Made by a program: the position numbers and the translations under genes. From Octopus sinensis (Eukaryota), in NCBI RefSeq assembly GCF_006345805.1, contig NC_043016.1:16988001-17052000 (forward strand): 64,000 bases of DNA, in the 5' to 3' direction. Of this stretch, positions 23,833 to 33,965 are shown piece by piece. The notes below the pieces were generated by a model. That model did not search any database and had not been told where the DNA came from. It saw nothing but the letters and a program-made list of their open reading frames with translations. The number at the start of each line of letters is the position of its first letter. Position 1 is the first letter of the stretch.

Positions 23833-24151
23833 GAGGGCGCGTGGCTTAGTGGTTAGGGCATTCGGCTCATGATCGTAAGGTTGTGAGTTCGATTCCCGGC
23901 GACGCGTTGTGTCCTTGAGCAAGACACTTTATTTCACGTTGCTCCAGTCCACTCAGCTGGCAAAAATGAGTTGTACTTGTATTTCAAAGGGTCAGCCTTG
24001 TCACTCTCTGTGTCACGCTGATTATCCCCGAGAACTACGTTAAGGGTACACGTGTCTGTGGAATGCTCAGCCATTTGCACGTTAATTTCACGAGCAAGCT
24101 GTTCCGTTGATCGTATCAGCTGGGACCCTCGTCGTCGTAACCGGCGGAGTC
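23833..24151 (+). mobile_element. tRNA-derived SINE family C, second copy
   Basis: Apparently identical by eye to 6680-6998. Confidence 0.9.
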
Positions 24152-24169
24152 TTTTAATATATATATATA

Positions 24170-25116
24170 CTAGCAGCATAGCCCGGCGTTGCCTGGGCAT
24201 GTAAGAGCCCCTAGTAGGCAACGACTAATCCCAATGTAGTCCTTTCCCTCCAGAGAATGAAGGCGCATGTGTAGGTTGCAATGTCTTCTCTTCACTCGAA
24301 TACTTCTGTGTATACGATGTTCCTAGCTGTCCCTTTGGACGAAAACATGAAAACATCATTGCGACTCCCAACGCGTGAACATCCCACGTAGAGTTGACCG
24401 TGGGCGAAGCAATGTTCGCCCAACTGTAACCCAGCGACTTGTAGCGTTTGGCCTTGGGATTTATTGATAGACATTGCGAAGCAGAGTTTAACAGGAAACT
24501 GAGAACGCCTGAAGTGGATTGGTAGGTCAGCGCCCGACGGTTGAAGGTGCATGCGTGGAATGAAGACGTCCTCTCCCTTCCCACAACCGTAAGTATTGTG
24601 GCCGTTATTAAATGTGGTGGCAAATGTTTCACAACCAGACGTGTGCCGTTGTACTGTTTAGGTGGAACCAAATTCCTGATGAGCATAATGGGCGCACCGA
24701 CTTTTAACTTCAGGATGTGTGGCAGCAGGCCCGGCGGTTCAAGTGAATTCAGGAATTCAACAGGATAATCGGCAAGCTCGGCGGGGTCTGCTGTCCTATC
24801 TATAGATTTGTAGACGTGGACATCACCAGGAATAGCTTCAAGTAGCTGGATATTGATGGAGTTGAGAGTTAAAAACGTCGAGTTGTGTCCCCTAGACAGT
24901 CTGTGGTTTGTGTTTCTGATTCTCGACCCCATGTCGAATTAATCAATTTTTTTCAGAATTGGGGGAACTTTTCAAAATTTTTGCTGTGTTAGTTTTGAAT
25001 TATGACATTGGGCTATGTGTGAGTCAAGTTTCATCAGAATCGGTTGAAAGCCGTGGTCAGGGTGAGGGTACAACCTGACAGACACACAGACAAACTGCCA
25101 TTTATATAGAGAGAGA
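24170..25116 (-). mobile_element. Internally deleted Helitron (family 1) retaining a helicase fragment
   Basis: Minus-strand 5' A|TCtctctctatataaatggcagtttgtctg and 3' cccaggcaacgccgggctatgctgCTAG|T. Confidence 0.88.
24292..24860 (-). pseudogene. Helitron RepHel PIF1-family helicase C-terminal fragment (frameshifted)
   Basis: PVEFLNSLEPPGLLPHILKLKVGAPIMLIRNL...NGTRLVV in one frame and RSQFPVKLCFAMSINKSQGQTL...GQLYVGCSRV in another. These are SF1/PIF1 helicase motifs IV-VI. Confidence 0.92.
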
Positions 25117-25119
25117 TAT

Positions 25120-25665
25120 ATACGACGGGCTTCTTTCAGTTTCCGTCAACCAAATCCACTCACAAGGCTTTGGTCGGCCCGAGGCTTTAATTGAAGACAC
25201 TTGCCCAAGGTGCCACGCAGTAGGACTGAATCCGGAACCATGTGGTTGGTTAGCAAGCTACTTACCACACAGCCACTCCTATGCCTATATATATATATAT
25301 ATATATACGATGGGCTTCTTTCAGTTTCTGCCTACCAAATCCACTCACAAGGCATTGGTCGGCCCGAGGCTATAGTAGAAGACACTCGCCCAAGATGCCA
25401 CGCAGTGGGACTGAACCCGGACCATGTGGTTGGTAAGCAAGCTACTTACCACACAACCACTCCTACGCCTATATATATATATACATATATATATACGACA
25501 GGCTTCTTTCAGTTTCCGTCTACCAAATCCACTCACAAGGCTTTGGTCGGCCCGAGGCTTTAGTAGAAGACACTTGCCCAAGGTGCCATGCAGTGGGACT
25601 GAACCCGGAACCATGTGGCTGGTAAACAAGCTACTTACCACACAGCCACTCCTACGCCTATATAC
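25120..25665 (-). mobile_element. SINE family A head-unit array (3 copies)
   Basis: Three reverse-complement head units separated by (TA)n, ending ~90 nt from the exon d donor. Confidence 0.88.
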
Positions 25666-25755
25666 ACCTGCGCCTTGATAAATAAAATTGATAAATAACA
25701 CATCTGAAACAGGTAAGATAAATGGATAAATATTATAAGGTGAAATATTTCCTAC

Positions 25756-25900
25756 CTGTGAGGTATGTGTCGTTGTCCATTAAGAAGGGCCAATATAACA
25801 TTTCCAAGGGCCGAAATGCTTAGTGAGACGTTATTCGGGTCCTTCGATTTTGAGCAGCTTCCGAGATCGATAAAATGTAAGCGACTCCTGCCACCTGCCA
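25756..25900 (-). CDS. KIF26: KIF26-like kinesin, internal exon d (switch II region)
   Basis: [48 protein letters not shown](R) matches KIF26 GGRSRLHLIDLGSC...[13 protein letters not shown]. Acceptor gttgtag, donor gtagga, 145 nt, phase 1-2. Confidence 0.95.
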
Positions 25901-26001
25901 CTACAACAATAAATATCATAAAATAAATATCATAAAAGAATATAATAAAATATGATAAAATATAATAAAATAATATAATATAACTCGCATTATCGCTCGA
26001 G

Positions 26002-26082
26002 AGATAAGCTATCTCTCCATGTCGCATAGACCGCACGGCAGCGGAAGGTGCGGTCTATGCGACATGGAGAGATGGCTTATCT
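26002..26082. other. 35-bp near-perfect intronic hairpin with an 11-nt loop
   Basis: agataagctatctctccatgtcgcatagaccgcac-ggcagcggaag-gtgcggtctatgcgacatggagagatggcttatct, with one mismatch (26010/26074). Confidence 0.9.
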
Positions 26083-26464
26083 GGAAAAGCAGCTTAGACC
26101 CTACTACATGTCTAAATACAAGGACAGAGCTTTTCGGATCATGCCCACATGTGACTAAATTTCTGTTACGTTTTTGGTCCCCTAAAGAAAACAGATAGAA
26201 CATGCTTTCTATGTTATGTCCCAAGAACAATTTACATATTTTTATATATTTTTATGTATTTTTTATGTATTTTTATATAATTTTTATGACGAAAAATGCG
26301 AGCGATGTATAAGTACGCAGGCAAGCAGAGTTATAACAGAGTAATTTCCCTTTATTTAACGGTATTTTTTCATAGCGTTTTCAAATAGCCAGATAACCGA
26401 AGAGATGGTGTTGTGGATTTCCACAATGTAACATATGGTATATATATATATATATTATATATAT

Positions 26465-26506
<42 letters not shown>

Positions 26507-26617
26507 TATATCCCCAGACACAACAAAATATGCTTCAACACACGGACTCATATAACGAATCTTGCAAACAAAATCGGAAAACAGAACATAATAAAAAAAC
26601 TACAAAAATAGAAATAC

Positions 26618-26710
26618 CTCCGGGGAGTCCAGATTTGTTAGCCTTTTCCACGCGATATTGGTAAACATGTAACGTAAATAGTAAATGAGAATGGCGTAGT
26701 TCTTCTTCAT
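26618..26710 (-). CDS. KIF26: KIF26-like kinesin, internal exon c (switch I region)
   Basis: Not in the ORF track. Translates [31 protein letters not shown], matching KIF26 RNSH.FFTLHIYQYRMEK. Acceptor tttcacag, donor gtattt, 93 nt, phase 1-1. Confidence 0.93.
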
Positions 26711-26764
26711 CTGTGAAAGAAAGTAAAAGAAAAAAAAATCAGAATTGAAGACATGGAAGCATTT

Positions 26765-26812
26765 AATAATAATAATAATAATAATAATGAAAATGATAAT
26801 GATAATAATGAA

Positions 26813-26846
<34 letters not shown>

Positions 26847-26984
26847 TTAATGATAATGATAATAATGATAATGATAATGATAATAATGATAATGATAATG
26901 ATAATAATGATAATGATAATAATAATAATGATAATAATAATAATAATGATAATAATAAGGATAATAATAATAATAATAATGATA

Positions 26985-27057
<73 letters not shown>

Positions 27058-27183
27058 TAATAATAAGGATAATAATAATAATAATGATAATAATAATAAT
27101 ATAATGATAATGATAATGATGATAATAATAATGATAATAATAATAATAATGATAATAATAAGGATAATAATAATAATATAATG

Positions 27184-27271
<88 letters not shown>

Positions 27272-27303
27272 TAATAATAAGGATAATAATAATAATAATA
27301 ATG

Positions 27304-27343
<40 letters not shown>

Positions 27344-27345
27344 TA

Positions 27346-27386
<41 letters not shown>
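26765..27386 (+). repeat. (AAT/GAT)n microsatellite, ~620 nt
   Basis: Direct inspection. It begins ~53 nt from the exon c acceptor. Confidence 0.95.
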
Positions 27387-27388
<2 letters not shown>

Positions 27389-27419
27389 AATTATTGTATA
27401 CAGTGCCGATCAATGCCTT

Positions 27420-27995
27420 GTGAATGGATTTGGTAGACGGAAACTGAAAGAAGCCCGTCGTATATATATATAGGCGTAGGAGTGGCTGTGTGGTAAGTAG
27501 CTTGCTAACCAACCACATGGTTCCGGGTTCAGTCCCTCTGCGTGGAAACTTGATCAAGTGTCTTCTACTATAGCCTCGGGCCGACCAAAGCTTTGTGAGT
27601 GGATTTGGTGGACGGAAACTGAAAGAAGCTTGTCGTATATATGTATTTATATACATGTATGTGTGTGTGTTTGTGTGTCTGTGTTTGTCCCCCTAGCATT
27701 GCTTGACAACCGATGCTGGTGTGTTTACGTCCCCATCACTTAGCTGTTCGGCAAAAGAGACCGATAGAATAAGTACTGGGCTTACAAAGAATAAGTCCCG
27801 GGGGTCGATTTGCTCGACTAAAGGCGGTGCTCCAGCATGGCCGCAGTCAAATGACTGAAACAAGTAAAAGAGTAAAAGAGAAAAGAGACCGATAGAATAA
27901 GTACTGGGCTTACAAAGAATAAGTCCCAGGGTTGATTTGCTCGACTAAAGGCGGTGCTCCAGCATGGCCACAGTCAAATGACTGAAGCAAGTAAA
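27420..27995 (+). mobile_element. SINE family A, full copy with partial head and duplicated tail
   Basis: Matches the family A consensus. Confidence 0.85.
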
Positions 27996-28199
27996 AAAAA
28001 AAAAAATAATAAAATACATATTGTCTTGAACTAAAGAGTTGACGTCACAAAAATATCAATTTAAATGCTGAAATATTAAAAAAAATCTATTTCGCCTGAG
28101 TTAATTCCCTTAGCTTCTTATCTCATTAAGGGCTGGCCAATAATTCATTGACATGTACCACCATGCATTTTGGGAGGAAAAACCCAGCGTCTACATACT

Positions 28200-29675
28200 C
28201 CCTCCATAACAGAAATGGACCTGGGTATCTTGGTGGATTCCTTCTTTTCGCCTTCGGCCCAGTGCATCCATGCTGCCAACAAAGCACGCAGAGTTCTGTT
28301 CTCGATTCAACGATCATTCGGAATGCTCAGAGCAGCCATATTCCTACCGCTCTATGTCACGCTGGTGAGACCCATATTGGAGTACGGGATTCAAGCCTCT
28401 TCTCCTTGTGCTTGGGCCCTTATTGTTCTTAGTCTTCATAAATGACTTGCCCGACGACCTCACGCAACACACCCGTCTATTTGCCGATGATGTCAAACTG
28501 GTCGTTCCTCGCAGAGATATAGAGGATCTTCGTCGATGCCTCCACCAAATTTGGAGATGGTCCAACGAATGGGACCTGTGTCTGAACGTGTCAAAGTGCT
28601 GTCATCTGCCTGTTGGCTCTTCTCCTGCAACTCAACTTGATTTCGAGCCGGGTCGTCTGCTGCTGGAGAGGACCGACCAGATAAAGGACCTGGGTATCTT
28701 TGTGGATTCTTCCTTTTCGCCTTCGGCCCAGTGCATCCATGCTGCCAACAAAGCATGCAGAGTTCTGTTTTTGATTCGACGGTCATTCGGAATGCTCACA
28801 GCAGCCATATTCCTACCACTCTATGTCACGCTGGTGAGACCCATATTGGAGTACGGGATTCAAGCCTCTTCTCCTTATCTCCTCAAAGACATACAGCATC
28901 TCGAAAGAGTCCAGAAGCTGGCTACCCGCATGGTTCTTGGTCTCAAGCATTTGTCTTATGAAGAAAGGCTGAAGACGCTCGACCTTTATTCTCTAGAAAA
29001 ACGACGACGCCGTGGTGATCTCATTCTTGCTCACAACATCATAAGCGGAAAGTGTAACCTCTCGAAAGAGCTGTTCTTCACTCCTGCTCCAGAGCGTCGG
29101 CTGCGGGGTCACTCCGAAAAGCTCTATCTGCGACGATTTCATCTCAACCGAAGGAGAGGGGCTTTCTCCGTCCGGGTTGCGGATCGGTGGAATAAGCTGC
29201 CGGACGAGATGGTGAAGATGCCGACGACCGCTCGGTGCAAAGTCTCTCTTGACCTCAAGTGGCCTGAACTCTTTACATGAACACCACCCTGTACATAACT
29301 CCATGTCCCCCTAGACAACGCCGTGTTGATCTCATTCTTGCTCACAACATCATAAGCGGAAAGTATAACCTCTCAAAAGAGCTGTTCTTCACTCCTGCTC
29401 CAGAGCGTCGGCTGCGGGGTCACTCCGAAAAGCTCTATCTGCGACGATTTCATCTCAACCGAAGGAAAGGGCCTTCTCCGTCCGGGTTGCGGACCTGTGG
29501 AGTAAGCTGCCGGATGAGATGGTAAAGATTCCGACGACCGCTCGGTTCAAAGTCTCCCTTGACCTCAAGTGGCCTGAACTCTTTACATGAACACCACACT
29601 GTACATAACTCCATGTCCCCCTACATGGCCTTGCTTTTTGCTTTTTGAGCCAAAAAATTAACTAACTAACTAATC
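28200..29675 (+). mobile_element. CR1-clade LINE 3' portion (RT C-terminal half) with duplicated 3' end and (AACT)n tail
   Basis: 290-aa ORF 28408-29280: LGPLLFLVFINDLP, LFADDVKL, RRRRGDLI, RLRGHSEKL, FSVRVADRWNKLP. A second 3' unit starts at 29314. Terminal stem-loop CCATGT-ccccct-ACATGG. Confidence 0.92.
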
Positions 29676-29815
29676 TCAAAAAGTCTTCTTGTGAATGTGA
29701 CCTGGGTATTATTGTTGACAGAGATTTGTGTTGGACAAAAGACATTGCTAAAATTGCCAAGAAGGCTGAGGGTGTCTTGGCATCACTCACCAAGTCCTTT
29801 GGGAGCCGCTCTAAC
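29676..29815 (+). mobile_element. Fragment of a second CR1-like RT
   Basis: Translates SSCECDLGIIVDRDLCWTKDIAKIAKKAEGVLASLTKSF, homologous to the DLGI.VD...S..HC..AANKA segment. Confidence 0.65.
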
Positions 29816-29819
29816 CACT

Positions 29820-31215
29820 GATTATCATCATTGTTCGACCGTGGTGGAGACAATGGAATTTACCATGCTACGCCAGACTTCACGGTCCATCATGGCATTA
29901 CGGAGGTCCTGTTGCTGGATGCCTGTATCCCTGGAGATTACATCAGGGTAGGAGAGTGTGCGCCCTCTGGTATCGCGACCGTGGTTGAGACAATGGAATT
30001 TGCCATGCTACGCCAGACTTCACGGTCCATCATGGCATTACGGATGTCCTGTTGCTGGATGCCTGTATCCCTGGAGATTACATCAGGGTAGGAGAGTGTG
30101 CGCCCTCTGGTATCGCGACCGTGGTTGAGACAATGGAATTTGCCATGCTACGCCAGACTTCACGGTCCATCATGGCATTACGGAGGTCCTGTTGCTGGAT
30201 GCATGTATCCCTGGAGATTACATCAGGGTAGGAGAGTGTGCGCCCTCTGGTATCGCGACCGTGGTTGAGACAATGGAATTTGCCATGCTACGCCAGACTT
30301 CACGGTCCATCATGGCATTATGGAGGTCCTGTTGCTGGATGCCTGTATCCCTGGAGATTACATCAGGGTAGGAGAGTGTGTGCCCTCTGGTATTGCGAGT
30401 AGATGGCTTCCAGAGGAGAAGAGTAGAAATTACCTCTTTTTCAGCTCTACAACAATCTCCAGCAAACTGGACTCTCCTACCTTTCACAAGAGATGACACA
30501 GGTGGTAGTTTCCCATATATTTGCACTTTGGTTGGATGACGCTTCCACGAGAGATTTTGAGCTCTCATAAGGAGGCGAGTGTAGGTTCCATCCAACCGCC
30601 TCTCAAGCTTCTTTGATAAGGTCCAGGTTTCTGAGCTATAGAGTAGAATCGGTTCGACTTTGGCTTTGAAGATTTCAAGTTTGAAGTCTCTACTTAGATT
30701 TGATGACCAGATATTATGCATGTCATTACAGGCTGACCAGGCCATACCCTTTCTAGTTAGAAAGTCTTTTCCAGATGATGATATGTATGATCCAAGATAT
30801 TTGTAATCAGAAACCATATTTAAAGGCGCATTGTTGAGAGTATGGATGATGCAATCACTGTTGGACAGGCACTTGTTTATATATTCAGTCTTGGCCTCAT
30901 TGAGGTAAAGACCTACACAATTTGAGGCTTGTTCGAGAGATTGCAAAAGAGACTGGGCATTGGAGATAGAATCACTGATAAAAGCGATGTCGTCAGCAAA
31001 GTCAGTGTCTGTCAAGTATTCAGCTGAGTGTCTGGAACTTCTTCTAGGTTTTATTTCAAAGCCCTTGCCAGAGATGGTATCAACTGACATACATAGCACA
31101 TAGTCAATGACAATGATGAAAAGAAATGGGGCGAGTGTGTCTCCCAGCAGTATTCTGGCTTTGATTGAGAAAGATGATGTTTCTCCGTCAGGGGTTAAGA
31201 TGGTTGAAGACATAT
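29820..31215 (-). mobile_element. RTE-like LINE 3' portion with four tandem 140-bp 3' ends
   Basis: 331-aa ORF with ILLGDTLAPFLFIIVIDY, FADDIA, YKYLGS, LLYSSETWTL. The 140-bp unit recurs at 29841, 29981, 30121 and 30261, and the outermost copy ends in a tgatgataat tail. Confidence 0.88.
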
Positions 31216-31510
31216 CTGTGTAGACGGAAACTGAAAGAAGCCTGTCGTATATATGTATTTATATACATGTATGTGTGTGTGTTTGTGTGTATATGTTTGT
31301 GTGTCTGTGTTTGTCCCCCTAGCATTGCTTGACAACCGATGCTGGTGTGTTTACGTCCCCGTCACTTAGCGGTTCGGCAAAAAGAGACCGATAGAATAAG
31401 TACTGGGCTTACAAAAGTATAAGTCCCGGGGTCGATTTGCTCGACTAAAAAAAGGTAAAAAAAGGCGGTACTGCTCCAGAATGGCCGCAGCCAAGTGACT
31501 GAAACAAGTA
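31215..31510 (+). mobile_element. SINE family A 3' half
   Basis: gtagacggaaactgaaagaagcc...gaaacaagtaaaa. Confidence 0.8.
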
Positions 31511-31656
31511 AAAAAATATATATATATATGTTTGTTTATTTATTTTTATTTTATTCATCTACTTTCAGCTCACTCGCTGTGGCCATGCTGGGGCACCGTC
31601 ATTGGACTTTGTATCTGAAAAGAGAAGAAATTGAATTTATTTTCCATCATACTCAC

Positions 31657-31815
31657 CGGATGTAGATCGCGCTGCAATCGCTGCATCGAGATAGTAGGCA
31701 GCTTGATCGGCAGTCGGAGCTCTTAGCTCACTTTGGTTTTCCAGCTGCGTACCACAAATTGGGTCCTCGCGGAGGTACACCCCAGGTGCGGTGGAGACGC
31801 CTGTCTCCGTACCAA
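31657..31815 (-). CDS. KIF26: KIF26-like kinesin, internal exon b
   Basis: Not in the ORF track. Translates [53 protein letters not shown], matching KIF26 [36 protein letters not shown]. Acceptor ttttgcag, donor gtgagt, 159 nt, phase 1-1. Confidence 0.95.
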
Positions 31816-31849
31816 CTGCAAAAGAAAAAAATATGAAAATAGATTAACA

Positions 31850-32350
31850 ACTGATGATGCTGGTGCGTTTACGTCCCCGTCACTTAGCAGTTCGGCAAAA
31901 GAGTCCGATAAAATAAGTACTTGGTTTTACAAGGGGCAGGAGTGGCTGTGTGGTAAGTAGATTGCTAACCAACCACATGGTTCCAGGTTCAGTCCCTCTG
32001 CGTGGCATCTTGGCCAAGTGACTTCTGCTATAGCCCCGGACCGACCAAAGCCTTGTGAGTGTATTTGGTAGACGGAAATGAAAGAAGCCCATCGTATATA
32101 TATATATATATAGGCATAGGAGTGGCTGTGTGGTAAGTAGCTTGCTTACCAGCCACATGGTTCCGGGTTCAGTCCCACTGCGTGGCATCTTGGGTAACTG
32201 TCTTCCACTATAGCCTCGGGCCGACCAAAGCCTTGCGAGTGGATTTGGTAGACGAAACTGAAAGAAGCCTGCCGTATATGTATATATATATATTATATAT
32301 ATATATTATATATATATATATATATATAATATATATATATAATATATATA

Positions 32351-32448
<98 letters not shown>

Positions 32449-32580
32449 TAGGAATGGCTGTGTGGTAAGTAGCTTGCTAACCAACCACATGGTTCTGGGT
32501 TCAGTCCCACTGCATGGCATCTTGGAACCATGTAGTTGGTAAACAAGCTACTTACCACATAGCCACTCCTGCGCCTATTC
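31850..32580 (+). mobile_element. SINE family A fragments and (TA)n in intron a-b
   Basis: Head units near 31935 and 32117, (TA)n 32280-32443, and an inverted head pair 32450-32575. Confidence 0.8.
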
Positions 32581-32758
32581 AACATATTTATATATTCATT
32601 ATTTTTATATATTCTGTAAACAAGAACAACAATAGCAAGAACTGTAGACAAAGTGTTAATAAATTAGGACGCTAAAATGGGATTCTATAATAGGTCGCTA
32701 AAATAGGATACAGCGACTATTAAAAAAAAGTTTGAAAAATTTTTAATGATGGTCTTAC

Positions 32759-32956
32759 CTTGGGCAACATCAGCTAAGAGATCTTTTAGACATTCTTGCT
32801 TCCCTGATACCTCAACTGCTGACACACGGACGGAGAATCGAGCCCCTGTTGCATCTCTATGTTCGTCGATAAGACGGAATAGCCAAGCGATGGCGCAGGG
32901 GATGAGACCTAGGGTTTGGGGTGACTGGTCCTTCCCAAACATAGTGTGTGATTTGC
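32759..32956 (-). CDS. KIF26: KIF26-like kinesin, internal exon a (P-loop end and motor domain)
   Basis: Minus-strand translation (G)[65 protein letters not shown] matches the recalled KIF26 motor segment GKSYTMIG...LGIIPCAISWLF...[13 protein letters not shown]. Acceptor ttttccag, donor gtaaga, 198 nt, phase 1-1. Confidence 0.95.
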
Positions 32957-33174
32957 CTGGAAAAAAATAAGGAAATAATTTAGATATTTACTAAAAATGC
33001 GAAATATAATAAAGGTTTTATTAAATCTCTGAAAGACAAGGCCTGTTTGCAAAATATATAAGAATTTTTCAGATATATATATATATATTACTTACTGAAC
33101 CCGGAACCATGTGGTTGGTAGACAAGCTACTTACCACACAGTCACTCCTATGCCAATATATAAAGACCCCCCGG

Positions 33175-33440
33175 GCTGCGTGCTTGTGTTCTTGAGCAAG
33201 ACACTTTATTTCACGTTGCTCCAGTTCACTCAGCTGTAGAAATGAGTTGCGACGTCACAGGTGCCAAGCTGTATCGACCTTTGTCTTTCCCTTGGATAAC
33301 ACTGGTGGCGTGGAGAGGGGAGGGCCGGTATGCATGGGCGACTACTGGTCTTCCATAAAAAAACCTTGCCCAGACTTGTGCCTCAGAGGGTAACTCTCTA
33401 GGTGCAAACCCATGGTCACTCATGACCGAAGGGGGTCTTT
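33175..33440 (+). mobile_element. 5'-truncated SINE related to family C, flanked by inverted SINE A fragments
   Basis: cttgagcaagacactttatttcacgttgctccag is shared with family C, but the tail (catgaccgaagggggtctt) is different. Confidence 0.75.
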
Positions 33441-33536
33441 ATATATAGGCATAGGAGTGACTGTGTGGTAAGTAGCTTGTCTACCAACCACATGGTTCCG
33501 GGTTCAGTAAGTAAGCTACTTACCACACAGCCACTC

Positions 33537-33605
<69 letters not shown>

Positions 33606-33707
33606 TAAATTAGAGACAAAACCACTATTATGCAAATCAAACAAAGAAAGACTTAAGCAAATACATAAAATAATTTATATAAATTTAGAAATTTAACAAT
33701 TATAAAT

Positions 33708-33768
33708 AACCACTACGATCGTTTCGTGCCTTATTTCAGCACATCTTTGAGACATTCTTCAGGTGGTT
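33708..33768 (-). ncRNA. Minimal type-I hammerhead ribozyme motif (PLE-like)
   Basis: Minus strand AACCAC-CUGAAGA-(13-nt insert)-GUGC-ugaaauaag-GCAC-GAAA-CGAUCG-UA-GUGGUU. Stem I is 6 bp, stem III is the palindrome ACGAUCGU, triplet GUA. Confidence 0.72.
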
Positions 33769-33872
33769 TCAAAACCTTCTTGGCGAGTTTTATAATATTT
33801 TACTATAAAATTGGATTCAATCCTAAATCTGATTTTTCCCTGTAAATTTGGATTTATTCCCTAATATTTATA

Positions 33873-33965
<93 letters not shown>

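Noticed and set aside
28408-29280. Functional reverse transcriptase gene (also 30218-31213)
   Set aside because: Both are 5'-truncated, lack the endonuclease and N-terminal RT motifs, and are rearranged, so they are not autonomous.
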